From Callorhinchus milii (lineage: Eukaryota): 64,000 nucleotides of DNA. The DNA lies in NCBI RefSeq assembly GCF_018977255.1, contig NW_024704743.1, positions 5,272,001 through 5,336,000 on the forward strand. The letters are read 5' to 3'. A program made the position numbers and the translations under genes. The notes beneath the pieces were generated by a model that saw only the letters and a program-made list of their open reading frames with translations, did no database searches and was not told the origin of the DNA. Positions 10,938 to 22,625 of this stretch are shown here, piece after piece (positions within the stretch are counted from its first letter, which is position 1; the number at the start of each line of letters is the position of its first letter).

Positions 10938-11470
10938 TTGGCAATGGGATGTCAGACTCAAGCCCACCCTCTGTGACGGTCTCCAATCCGGTTCCTGAGC
11001 CGGGCGGGTCTGCAGTATTCCAGGGCACTGCTGATGACAGCACAGCCCGGCCCGGCTCATCAGCAGGACCTGGAAGGGCAGACCAGTCACTGGGGGCAGA
11101 GAGTCATCTCACTCAGCTCCTGTTAACCCTGCCAGCCAAAGCCCTAACGGGTAGGGTGGTCCTAGTTGAACAAGCAGCAAGAAAGCTTGCCAGACAATGT
11201 CAAGCTATGTGTTTTTAGTTGGTTAGACTCCAGGAGTTACTCCAAGGCACGATCTGGGGTCCCCAAGCCTTGGCTCTTGCCAACCTGCGCCTAAGAATTA
11301 GGTAAACAAGATGCGTCCCTCCAGGGAGAGAGTGCGCATTCCATTCCAACAATCTCTCTCTGGGATTTCCATGTGTAGGTGGGAGGCGTGGAAATCTCAG
11401 CTTGGTTTGGATACTCTTAAGCACAGTGATGGGTTTCCGCGTGTGTCAGACACCCGTCTGAGCAAAACAA
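10938..11470 (+). mobile_element. Hairpin-rich repeat family, slightly 5'-truncated copy
   Basis: Aligns with 58150-58690. Confidence 0.85.
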
Positions 11471-11734
11471 AAATCTCCAAATAAAATTGGTCATTTGTTT
11501 CATGGTTGTGGGACATTGATGAATGCAAATTGGCTGCCACATTCCCACAAGGTACACAGATCCTTCACGTCTGTGTAAAATCCTGTGAAATTTTGAAATC
11601 CTGTAAATCCAGTCCCATTTTGGGACGTTCACGTAAAAGCAAATGTATACATATAGCAAATGTAAGTATTATAATTGTTTTGAAGGCACTGGTCAAGCTG
11701 GCAAATGGATGAAATGTCACAACTTATCACTGTT

Positions 11735-12487
11735 CGGGTTATTTTTTAGAAGGGGAAAGGTTGGAATGTGTTAGTGTCCAGAGGGACTTGGGTGTCCTTG
11801 TACACCAATCACAGAAAGTTAGTCTGCAGGTGCAGCAGCAATTAAGAAGGCGAACAGTATGTTAGTATTCATTATGAAAGGATTAGAGTATAAGAGTAGG
11901 GAAGTCTTGCTGCAACTGTATAGGGCCCTGGTGAGACCACACCTGGAATATTGTGTGCAGTTTTGGTCTCCTTATTTAAGGAAGGATGTACTTGCCTTGG
12001 AGGGGGTGCAGTGTAGATTTATTAGGTTAGTACCAGGGATGAAGGGGATGAGTTACGAGGATAGGCTGACCAATTTGGGCCTATACTCTCTAGAATATAG
12101 AAGAATTAGAGGGGATCTTATAGAAACCTATAAGATCATCAAAAGGCATGATAGAGTAGATAGACAGTTGGAGAAAGTAAAACCAGGGGTCACAACCTTA
12201 AAATCAGAGGCAGCCTTTTCGCACTGAGTTGAGGAAGAACTTCTTCACTCAAAGGGTGGTGAATGTATGGAACTCGTTACCCCAAAGGGCTGTTGTCCTT
12301 GAACATATTCAAGACTGAGATAGATATATTTCTTATTGCAAAAGGGATTAAGGGATATGGGGATAAGGTAGGGTCAGGTTATTAGCTGGAGTTAGATTAA
12401 AAGATCAGCCATGATTGACTGGCGGGACAGGCTTGAAGGGCCGAATGCCCTACTCTTGCTCCTACATGTTATGTTATGTTATGTTAT
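11735..12487 (+). mobile_element. CR1-clade LINE 3' fragment
   Basis: LYRALVRPHLEYCVQFWSPY...LEGVQ..F..L..G...SYEDRL..LGLYSLE.RR.RGDLIE.YKI. CR1 3' UTR ending in (TGTTA)n. Confidence 0.92.
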
Positions 12488-13334
12488 ATGATTGAATATC
12501 GTGGGGCTTGAATGCCCAACCTTGTGGAGTCCTGTATTTGATACAGAACCTTATCACGTCTTCGAGACGCCTCAAAGCGCTTCACAGAATATACTGTAAA
12601 GTGAATTGACTGTACATTTTATGGGCGAAACGCGACAGCCAATTGCGCACAGCAGCGTCCCACAAACAGTGACCAAACTATTTTTACTTATTTGAAGAAC
12701 CCTGCATGAAGGGCGCTCTATGAATGCAAGTTGTTGTTGTATCGCGAATCTTAAGAGTTCTTTTTAAAACAAAATATATACATTCGTTTGTTGATATATA
12801 TTTATACACTTGACTCAGGCAGCATCAAACCCGTTACGGAAAAGAAAGTGCAACATGTTATTATCCCTTTGAAGGGGGCAGTTACCAATGGGGTCTCGTA
12901 ACACATATACTATATACCCGACCAGTCCCACACCTGTCACCGCAGTGTTCCTGACGGGGTTCTGTTCCCTTTCTCTTCGGGCTGCAGTTACACTGGTGGT
13001 CTAGTCTGGGCTCTACTGTCCTTTTACAGGACGGTGAGCCTTTATCTCACTCCCAGCGCTTCCCCTGTTTTATGGGGGTGGGAGGGGGCAGGCTTGTTAC
13101 ATCTCGAGAGTCCCTCTATACATTTACATGGTTACACAAATGTTTGTTCACAGTTTTGGGTGGTGCTCGTGGGTTACCCAGTGAATGCGCCCTGATGTCT
13201 CCCTCTCACCACGCAGTAGTGAGTGGGAGCTTCACCCAATCGGACTGTCAGACCAACAGCACCAACAGACCATTTCACTAATCGTGCTTCTCTGAAGCAG
13301 CCGTTCACTGACACTGGTTCCCAGTCACTATGTT

Positions 13335-13471
13335 AAAACAAAAGGCAAAATACTGCAGATGCTGGAAATCTGAAATAGAAACGGAAGTGGCTGGGAACAC
13401 TCAGCAGGTCAGGCAGCATCTATGGAGAGAGGAACGCGAGTTAACATTTCAGCTCGATGAACTTTCGTCTG
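13335..13471 (-). mobile_element. Penelope-like element terminal fragment with a degenerate minimal hammerhead motif
   Basis: Minus strand reads CAGACGA-AAGTTCATCGAGCT-GAAA-TGTTAACTC...GATGCTGCCTGACCTGCTGAG...TTCCAGCATCTGCAGTATTTTGCC, resembling shark PLE-derived repeats as I recall them. Confidence 0.65.
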
Positions 13472-14264
13472 ACGTCTCTTCACTTTGATAACAGCAAATG
13501 AAATAAAGAAATTGCTGTATTCCGTGTCCATCATAGGAGCAAGACATTGTGAACTCTAACGCCACTGAACGCTACAGGACAGAAACCAGCCAGGGTGTAA
13601 CTGAAGCCACAGAGTCTCTGGGCTGCATACGCCTAACTCGTTCCCTGGAACTGCTGGTTCCCGGGATGTTGCCTAATCCTCTTTACACTGTCCGTCCACA
13701 TCAGGGTTAGAGACACAGTAAAGCTCCCACAATAACTGTCCAATCAGCATTCCCAGGTCTCGAACAGCACAGGTATATACAGAAGATGTAATTATACAGA
13801 GTATGTATTCAAGGGCTTGCGCCTGCTCACACACATCACAAGTAAAGTGAGGATACCCAAACACAGGCAGAGGAGATTGCCATCCCATCAGCCTGTGTTG
13901 GATTATGAACCGAGGTCCCAGAAGTGAGAGGCACTAAGCCGCTGTGCTGGCTTATTCATAGTCCTTTAATCGTATTTCATTGCAGTCCTCACACCAGCAT
14001 GTGATTCCCCTTCAATCACCATTCAACCTAACAAACACCACTAGCTTCTGGTCTCCAGGTGACTGCGTGAAGCCCTTTCCCCTCTTGTGCTGCTGAAAGT
14101 TTCTCTCATCCAAATGTCCCAAAAGTGTGATGTGGTTTGTCATGTCAGTGCTATTTGAGAGACATACAAATAGCACTGGCGTGACATCTGTGGTCCAGGC
14201 TAGCGGCTGTGTTTACACTACCCACATATACCTCAGTCATTGCACTTCAAAATGACTCAGAATT

Positions 14265-14535
14265 TAATAATAATAATAATCCTTGCATTTGAAATAGCAC
14301 CTTATCAAAGCGTTTCACAGAATATACTGTAAAGTGAATTTACTGTATATTTTGGGGACGAAACATGGAAATTGCACACAGCAGTCGTGAATTGAGCGAC
14401 CAAATTATTAATATTTTATTTTTATTTTTTTCCCGAATAGATTATTAACCCACGGAAAAGCGATCGATCTGCCAATCGATTAACAGCTGGGCTCCTACTC
14501 ACTGCCAGTTAAACGGAGGAGTGCGGAGTAAGGAG
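14265..14535 (-). mobile_element. SINE copy lacking the head
   Basis: Body and tail match. Confidence 0.8.
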
Positions 14536-15067
14536 ACTTCTGACGTAAATTTCCGATTATCTCAAATTGCATATCCTTTTCTATAAGCGATAGCTGGCGC
14601 TGCAAATACACATACCCGAGCAGTAATTGGTTAACTGTGGATCAATGTTACATCAGTCTCCAGATTTAGTTCACGAATTAAACCCAGCCTATTCAGAACC
14701 TAGGATACATTGTTGGTGTGGGCTGGCTCTCACTTGCTCCATTTAAAGGCTGTCTGAGAGCACAGGCACTACGCTGGTCTCCAATGGCAGTGCAGTAATT
14801 ACAATCACTAATGGTTGATGCTCCTAACAGCTGTCAGGGCCTGTAAACACACAATTTAAAGTAAGCACTCCCAGTGGAGGAGTCACAGTGAGAGGGAGAG
14901 AAAGTGTGAGAGTGAGCCAGAGAGAGTGATGGAAAGAGTGTGAGAGTGAGCAAGTGGCTGGATGAGGAATCGTCAATCGAACATAGCGAAGGAGCTTTTT
15001 CTGTGCATATATATATTCATAATACCAAAGTATTATCTTATACTTACTTATACGGGACGAAACATTG

Positions 15068-15482
15068 GCTGAGCCCTCCATGCATCCAACCTGCACATGG
15101 AAATCCCAGAGATAGATTGTAGGAATGGAATGCGCTCTCTCTCCCTGGAGGGATGCATTTTGCTTTATCTAATTCCAGAGAGTATTAGGCACAGGTTGGC
15201 AAAAGCCAAGGCTTGGAGACCCCAGAGAGTGTTTTGGGGTGATTGCTAGAGTCTAATCAGCTAAAACCACATAGATTGCCATTGATATCACTGTCCGGGA
15301 AGCTTTCCTGCAACTTGCCCAGTGAAGACCACCCTACCCATTAGGGCTTTGGCCTGCAGGGTAAACAGGAGCCGAGTGGGATGACTTCCCTGCCCCCAGT
15401 GACTGGTCGACCCTTCCAGGTCCTGCCGATAAGCCAGGCTGGGATGTGTTGTCATCAGCAGCGCCCTGGAATACTGTGGCCC
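15068..15482 (-). mobile_element. Hairpin-rich repeat family, partial copy
   Basis: Aligns with 58215-58615. Confidence 0.8.
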
Positions 15483-16700
15483 CGCAGAAGAAGATGGTGA
15501 TGATGACGATAAGAAAGAATCCGATTCTGATGATTTTTGTGAAGAAACAGCCAGTGACTCAAAAGAGGTCTCCGAAGCTGGAGAGAGGAGACCAAAGCCT
15601 GAAAGGTTAGCTTCCATCTCCAGCAGTATGAGCGATAGAGAAAATAAGATCAGAAAGTGGGAGAAACATGATGAGGAGTGGGAACGGGAGCTGGAGGGAA
15701 GCAGGAAACAGCCAAAAAAAGAACCCAAAGAGGAAGATCTGGACAAGGATAAAGGCAAAGCAAATCACACCAACAGAAACAGAGAAACAGAGGGAAAGAT
15801 CAAAGAGTTAATAAAGGAGATTGACATAGTATGAGCATATACGGAAGAGTGCAAATAATATAATCTCTCCTTGGTAAAGGCTAAATTTCCTTTGGATGGA
15901 ATGGATTTTGTCAAACTAGAAATAGAAAACCAAGAATTGTAACAAAAACGACAGAAAAGGAGAGAGGATGAAATCAATGAGAGTCCTAAGGTTTTGAGTT
16001 CAGAATGTGAAGTGTTAATGAATAATAATAATAGTAATAATAAAGCTTGCATTTGATATAGTGCCTGATCACATCTTCGAGACGTCTCAAAGTGCTTCAC
16101 GGAATATACTGTAAAGTGAATTGACTGTATATTTTGTGGGCGAAACATGACAGTCAATTGTCCTACAAACAGTTGTGGATTGAGTGACCAGATTATTATT
16201 ATTATTATTTTTTTGAAGGGATTATTACCCCCGGAAAAGCAATCTGCCAATCGGCTAACAATCGGGTTCCTACTTACTGCTAGATAAACCGAGGAGTGTG
16301 GAGTATGGAAATATACCTAAGTTTTCGCTTGCAAATCAAACCCGGGTCCTCTCGCTTTCGAGGCAGGTGCTCTATCCACTAAGCTATAGGACTCCACAGC
16401 TGAATGAAGTTGAAACAAACTAGGGCTATTCATGTAATGTAAAGTAAAGTACGATCAAAGCTTGAAAGATGGAGAAAGTTATCAGAAAGAAAATGCAGAA
16501 AAAGGTAGAAGAAAGAATCAGAAGAAGAGCAAAGGATCTTGAAATCAAAAGCGAAATGGAAAGAGTTTAAAGAAGAAGAAATGAACGTAAAAGAACATCA
16601 TGGGAGATCTAGCAAAGAAGGGCGGAGGCAAAAGACAAGCAAAAGGAAGATCAGGGGGTAAAAATGCAGAAAAAAACTATAAAGGGGAAGATGTTGGATA
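15483..16700 (+). pseudogene. Decayed coding-like segment (acidic/charged, coiled-coil-like); origin unknown
   Basis: One frame reads EEDGDDDDKKESDSDDFCEETASDSKE...RKWEKHDEEWERELE...KIKELIKEIDIV*AYTEECK*YNLSLVKAKFPLDGMDFVKLEIENQEL*QKRQKRR. The same purine-rich composition continues after the SINE at 16020-16396. Confidence 0.4.
16020..16396 (-). mobile_element. Full-length tRNA-headed SINE interrupting a decayed coding-like segment
   Basis: Head, body and tail present. Confidence 0.88.
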
Positions 16701-16884
16701 ACTCTTTATGGGTAAATAGACGATTAACTGGGAACCAATGAAATAGGACTGGAAAGCATAAAATGTCTTGAGCTAAGAATATTCGTTTCAGCTTTATTAA
16801 CTTTTCTGGTTGAAAACGGTGTACTGTTTTGAGCGAAGAATAAAATAGTCACTCTCTACACCGGAGTTGTGAGAATCATTACGG

Positions 16885-17390
16885 CTTTGGGCACTTCACT
16901 TCAGGAAGGACATTAAGGCCTTGGAAGGGGGCAGAGGAGGTTTACAGGAATGATCCCAGGGATGAGGGGCTTCAGCTATGAGGAGAGATTGGAGAACTTG
17001 AGTCTGTTTTCGTTGGCGCAGAGAGGGTTTAAAGGGGACCTGATAGAGGTGGACAGAACAGTGAGGGGTTTTGACAGAGTAAATAACTGCTATTTCCACC
17101 AGTAGAGGAATGAGTCAATGATTCGGGGACATAGATTTAAGATCCCAAGAGTGAAAGGGCTTAGGAGAATTTTTCTCGCTCAGTCTCTGGTTAGGATATG
17201 GAATGTCCTGCAAAGGAAGCATGCAGAGTCCACTGTAGGTTTGAAGAGGAAAGTAGACAGGTACATAAAAATGAGAGACTTGAAGGGCTGGGGATAGAGC
17301 AGGGCAGCGAGATTGAAAGTATCCCTTTCTGTGTGTCGGTACAGCCTTATCCGAATGGTCTCCTTCTGCGCTGTATATTTCTATGATTCC
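16885..17390 (+). mobile_element. Degenerate CR1 3' fragment
   Basis: HFRKDIKALE..QRRFT.MIPGMRGFSYEERL remnant plus CR1 tail. Confidence 0.8.
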
Positions 17391-17835
17391 CTTTGTCTCT
17401 ATGAAATGCTACAAGATGATCATCTTACAGTAATGGCACTAAAGTGCAGGTTGTTATTATTAATAATAATCCTTGCATTTGATAGCACCTTATCACGTTG
17501 GTTGAGACGTCTCAAGGCGCTTCACTGGATATACCGCAAAGTGTAGTGACTGTGTATTTTGTGGGTGAAATGACGTGCGACGAGGAGAGCAAGGCACAGT
17601 AAGCCTTTCAGTGAGGCGGATATTTAGAAAAAGGGCTTGGGAGCAGCTAAGGTCCTCTTTGTGGAGGGATTTAGGCTCGAGAGAAAACATGAGAAAATGA
17701 TTACTCTTTTCTCTTACCACCCACACTCCTCTCCTCCGAGAGGGGGAGATGAAAAACAGAGATGCTGAACAAAGAGAGAAATGACGAGAACCAAAGAAGG
17801 AAACCTGGATGAGCGTTGCTCAGGGTGTTTTCACA

Positions 17836-17868
<33 letters not shown>

Positions 17869-18089
17869 ATGCAATTCCAGAGCTGCGCATATTTGCAAAC
17901 TGTCCGTTACAGTCCAAGTGGTTTATTTTACACCTGCTGAAGGATGTTCTGCAAATAAAGGGAATTATATTGAAGAAGCAAGGGAACTTATATATTTGCA
18001 ATCCTGTGAAGCTCTTTGTGCCATCCTCCCGACGTGAAAGATGCTACATCAAGTGCAAGGATTATTGAGATGCAAGGATTATTATTTCA

Positions 18090-18305
18090 TAATAATAATA
18101 ATAATAATAATCCTTGCATTTGATATAGCGCTTTTCACGTCGGTAGGACGTCCCAAAGCGCTTCACAGAACACACTGTAAAGTGAATTGACTGTATATTT
18201 GTGGGCGAACGCGGCAGCCAATTGCGCACAGCAATGTCCCACAAACAGTCGTAGATTGAAAATGACCAATTTATTATTGTTTTGTTTTTTTGGAGGGATT
18301 ATTAT
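18090..18305 (-). mobile_element. SINE 3' half (young subfamily)
   Basis: Near-identical to the 3' half of 2450-2775. Confidence 0.88.
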
Positions 18306-19054
18306 GGGATTTTAGTGCATCGGGCTGACTAGCTGGTTGAAACATCCCATTAATTCCCGTAGTTAACACTTGTTCACTTCACGAATGAGGTTCGAACACC
18401 ATAAGAACCTGGTTCAATTAAGTTATATTTTATTAAAGATTGAAAAGCTGAACAGTAACTCTAATACTATCATCAAGGTCGATAAGGTAAATTGCTCTAG
18501 CGTTTTTTTTAGTTTAGAACGACAATCCAGTTACAGTTTGATTAGCGTTATAAAGTGCAGTTGCATTAAGACATGTTTCTGTGTGACATGCTCCATTCCC
18601 CTAAAGCCAAACTCTAATTAATACAACACCCTGATCGAGAAATTTATTAAGAAAAAAATCGATGTGTTGCCTGAATCATTTTACCCAAAAAATTGTGAGA
18701 TTAAAAAAAAATCACTATTGACGATCACGGTGATACCGTCTCTCACTTTATCCGTAAATCCATCCGGTGAAACTTTTATGTGTTATTTTACACAATCCTG
18801 TAATTACACGAAAAGCAGCTTCCCGTCACACTTGCTTTTCCACGTCAGTTCCACCCCGCGGGCTGCCCGTGATAAGTGAATGATTTAACCAGAGAACAAG
18901 TCCCTCAAACCCTTGACACCGTTCCCCCTTTACTGCTTGGAAATCACGACAAATATACAGTCTTCTCAACAGATCCGTCGAGTGGGATTTGCACACATTC
19001 CTGCGTATCGCTTTGCAGACCACGAGTCACCCGCTCTTTAAAAACAACTATGAG

Positions 19055-19240
19055 TAATAATCCTACAATCATTGCATTTGATACGGCGCCTTCGAGGCGT
19101 CTCAAAGCGCTTCCCAGAACGTACTGTAAAGTGAATCGACTGTATGTTTTGCGGGAGACACACGGCGGCCAATCGCCCGCAGCAGCGCCCCCGCAAACAG
19201 TCGGTTATTGAGTGACCGGATTATTATTATTATTATTTTC
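19055..19240 (-). mobile_element. SINE 3' half
   Basis: Body and tail match; CpGs retained near the promoter. Confidence 0.8.
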
Positions 19241-19380
19241 AAAAGGACCCTCTCTTTCTGCGAACTCGCAACGTGTCCTTTTTTTTTAAAACTAAGTTGT
19301 GTTCTTGAAGATACTTTAAAATGAAATACGGTATTTCAGTATTACAGTGAGGGAATGAATGAGGGAGGGAGGGAGGGAGT

Positions 19381-20150
19381 GACTGACAGCCGCCTCACTC
19401 CCAGCCACGGTCGCCATGGGAGCCGGTGGGGGGGTGAGGGAGTGACAGCCGCCTCACTCCCAGCCACGGTCGCCATGGGAGCCGGTGAGTGAGCGAGTGA
19501 CAGCCGCCTCACTCCCAGCCACGGTCGCCATGGGAGCCGGTGAGAGTGAGCGAGTGACAGCCGCCTCACTCCCAGCCACGGTCGCCATGGGAGCCGGTGA
19601 GAGTGAGCGAGTGACAGCCGCCTCACTCCCAGCCACGGTCGCCATGGGAGCCGGTGAGAGTGAGCGAGTGACAGCCGCCTCACTCCCAGCCACGGTCGCC
19701 ATGGGAGCCGGTGGGGGGGTGAGCGAGTGACAGCCGCCTCACTCCCAGCCACGGTCGCCATGGGAGCCGGTGGGGGGTGAGGGAGTGACAGCCGCCTCAC
19801 TCCCAGCCACGGTCGCCATGGGAGCCGGTGAGAGTGAGCGAGTGACAGCCGCCTCACTCCCAGCCACGGTCGCCATGGGAGCCGGTGAGAGTGAGCGAGT
19901 GACAGCCGCCTCACTCCCAGCCACGGTCGCCATGGGAGCCGGTGAGAGTGAGCGAGTGACAGCCGCCTCACTCCCAGCCACGGTCGCCATGGGAGCCGGT
20001 GAGAGTGAGCGAGTGACAGCCGCCTCACTCCCAGCCACGGTCGCCATGGGAGCCGGTGGGGGGGTGAGTGATTGACAGCCGCCTCACTCCCAGCCACGGT
20101 CGCCATGGGAGCCGGTGGGGGGGGGGGGGGGGGGGTGAGTGATTGACAGT
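19381..20150. repeat. Minisatellite, 13 units of ~57 bp, directly upstream of the MAFA promoter
   Basis: Unit GTGACAGCCGCCTCACTCCCAGCCACGGTCGCCATGGGAGCCGGTGAGAGTGAGCGA. The core is invariant and only the G-rich spacer varies. Confidence 0.97.
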
Positions 20151-20330
20151 CGGGCCCCGCGGCCGCTCGGGGGCTATGCAAATTTTCCCGGCCCGGCGCC
20201 CTCTGCCATTGGTGGAGGCTGACCCGAGGCCCCGCCCGCTGGTGGGCGTGGCGCCGCGGGGCGGGGGCGGGGCGGGGGGCGGGGCGGAAGCTATAAAAGG
20301 CGGTGCCGGGGCTCGCGGGCCGCTCAGTCT
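20140..20330 (+). promoter_or_regulatory. Putative MAFA core promoter (CpG-rich)
   Basis: TGATTGACAG 20140-20149, octamer ATGCAAAT 20176-20183, reverse CCAAT (ATTGG) 20208-20212, several GGGCGG boxes 20255-20287, TATAAAA 20292-20298, and Inr-like TCAGTCT 20324-20330 at roughly the expected spacing. Confidence 0.75.
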
Positions 20331-20514
20331 GACTCGGGAACCGCCGACTGCCGGCGCGGGGCCGACTGTCATCAGGGGGTGAGGAGCAGGAGGGAGAGGG
20401 TGAGGAGGGGGAGGGAGGGAAGGGAGGGAGGGAGGAGGAGGAGAAGAAAGTGGTGGGGGGTTTAACACCATCACCACAACAACAACAACAACAACAAGTC
20501 CAAACTCTGCTGCT

Positions 20515-21200
20515 GGTGGGGGGGGGGGAGAGGGGGAGAGGGAGGGATAGTGAGAGACAGTCAGGGAGAGGGAGGGAGAGAGTGAGAGTGGGAGAGAGTG
20601 TGTGAGGGTGAGTGAGCGTGAGGGAGGGAAAGAGAGAGTGCGAGAAGGAGGGAGAGAGATAGAGAGAGAGAGAGAGTTTAGTGACAGAGTGTGAGAGAGG
20701 GAGTGAGGGGGAGAGAGGGAGGGAGTGAGTGAGTGAGAGGGAGAGTCAGAGAGAGGGAGAGAAGAGAGAGTGTGAGAAGGAGGGAGAGAGAGAGAGAGAG
20801 AGAGTTAGTGACAGAGTGTGAGAGAGGGAGGGAGGGAGAGAGAGAGAGAGTGTGAGAAGGAGGGAGAGATATAGAGAGAGAGTTAGTGACAGAGAGTGTG
20901 AGAGAGGGAGTGAGGGAGGGAGAGAGGGAGGGAGGGAGGGAGTGAGTGAGAGGGAGAGTCAGAGAGAGGGAGAGAAGAGAGAGTGTGAGAAGGAGGGAGA
21001 GATATAGAGAGAGAGTTAGTGACAGAGAGTGTGAGAGAGGGAGTGAGGGAGGGAGAGAGAGAGGGAGGGAGTGAGTGAGAGGGAGAGTCAGAGAGAGGGA
21101 GAGAAGAGAGTGTGTGAGAAGGAGGGAGAGAGATAGTGAGGGAGAGAGAGGGAGAGTCAGAGTGTGAGAGAAGGAGTGAGAGAGAGAGAGAGAGAGAGAT
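20515..21200. repeat. Polypurine (GA-rich) compound repeat with a ~120-140 bp higher-order unit
   Basis: Recurring blocks gagttagtgacagag / gggagagtcagagag / gtgtgagaaggagggagag. Confidence 0.9.
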
Positions 21201-22119
21201 CGTGGAGTTAATATATTTATTGATGATGTGAAGCTGACTGTGTGTGTGTGTGTGTCGGGGTTTCTGACCCTCTCCTCCTCGCTGGGTAACCAATGCGACC
21301 CCCACACACCGACCGTCTGACTGACTGGGGATCGATATCCTGCTGATCGATATTCCCGATGAAACTTTTTTCTTACATATATATATTACATATATATCAT
21401 CTTTGTTGTTGTTGTTTCGGTCGGCGCCGGAGCCAAGTTTTTTTGGTTGTTTCTTTTGCCACGAAAGCCGGAGCGCCACGAAATCCATCCCTCTGATCGA
21501 TTGATTATTGCTTCGATCGATCGATCGTATCGATCGACTTGAGCGGAGAGGGAAGGGGAGAAGAGCAATTTAGTGGGGACCGACCTCCTCCCCATCGCCA
21601 ACTACATCACCTCCGAAAAAAAAACCCATAACAACAACAACAACCACACGCGCAGAGAAAAGCAAAAAGACTTTTACATATCGCCTGTTTTTTTTTTTGT
21701 GTGCGTGTGACCGAAACCAGAGAGAATCCGTACGAAACAAAAACAAAGACGTCAATAAAAAAAAAAGAAAGAAAACGCCGGACTTGGCAGTGAGTGGGGG
21801 AGATTGGGGTTGGGGGGTTGTTGTGGGGTCAACACCACAAGGAGAGACAGAAGACCTTTTGGCTATGAGATCAGACCAGGAGCAAGAGAGCTGAGACCCG
21901 AATATTCTGCATTTGTTTTGTTTGCCCCAAAAAAGAACTAAAGCAAAAGTTGGGAGAAGAATCAGGATCTCGTTCGTTGCTTCGTTGGTTGGTTTTTTGG
22001 TTTTGGGGGGAAAAAAAGAGAATTTTGCTGGTGAATTTAACGCTACGTTTCAATGTCGCTGGAGCCTGGACTGAAAGTGAAGTGAAAGGGGGAATTACGC
22101 ACTGGGACCAGGTACTCCC

Positions 22120-22625
22120 AACAGCCCCCCAACCCTCAGCCCACCCCCTCCCCAACCCTCAGCCCACCCTCTCCCCAACCCTCAGCCCACCCTCCCCATC
22201 CCCAAACCTAACCCTCAGTCCACCCTCCCCAACCTTAACCCTCAGTCCACCCTCCCCACCCCCAAACCTAACCTTCAGTCCACCCTACCCAAACCCCCCA
22301 GCCCCTCCAACTTCCCAACCCCCCCCCAGCTCCTCAACCTCCACAGCCCCTCAACCCTCCCAGCCCCTCAACTTCCCAACCCCACCAGCCCCTCAACCCT
22401 CCAGCCCCCCAACTTCCCAATCCCCCCAACTTTCCAATCCCCTCAACCCCCCAGCCCCTCAACCCTCAGCCTCCCAACTCCCCAGTCCCCCAGCCCTCAG
22501 CCCCCCAACTTCCCAATCCTCTCAACCCCCAGCCCCTCAGGCCCCAACTTCCCAATCCCCTCAACCCTCAGCCCCTCAACTCCCAGCCCCCCAACCCCCA
22601 GTCCCTCAGCCCCCAGCTCAGTCCT
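22120..22625. repeat. C-rich degenerate tandem repeat (ccccaaccctcagc-type) just before the MAFA start
   Basis: Repeating ccctcagccc / caacttcccaa motifs. Confidence 0.9.

Noticed and set aside
12740..13300. Possible solo LTR
   Set aside because: LTR-like texture, but no definable TG..CA ends, TSD or second copy.
19342..20181. 279-aa repetitive ORF, or a CRISPR-like reading of the 57-bp array
   Set aside because: The unit length is a multiple of 3 and GC-rich, so frames stay open by chance. There are no unique spacers or cas genes, and the context is eukaryotic.
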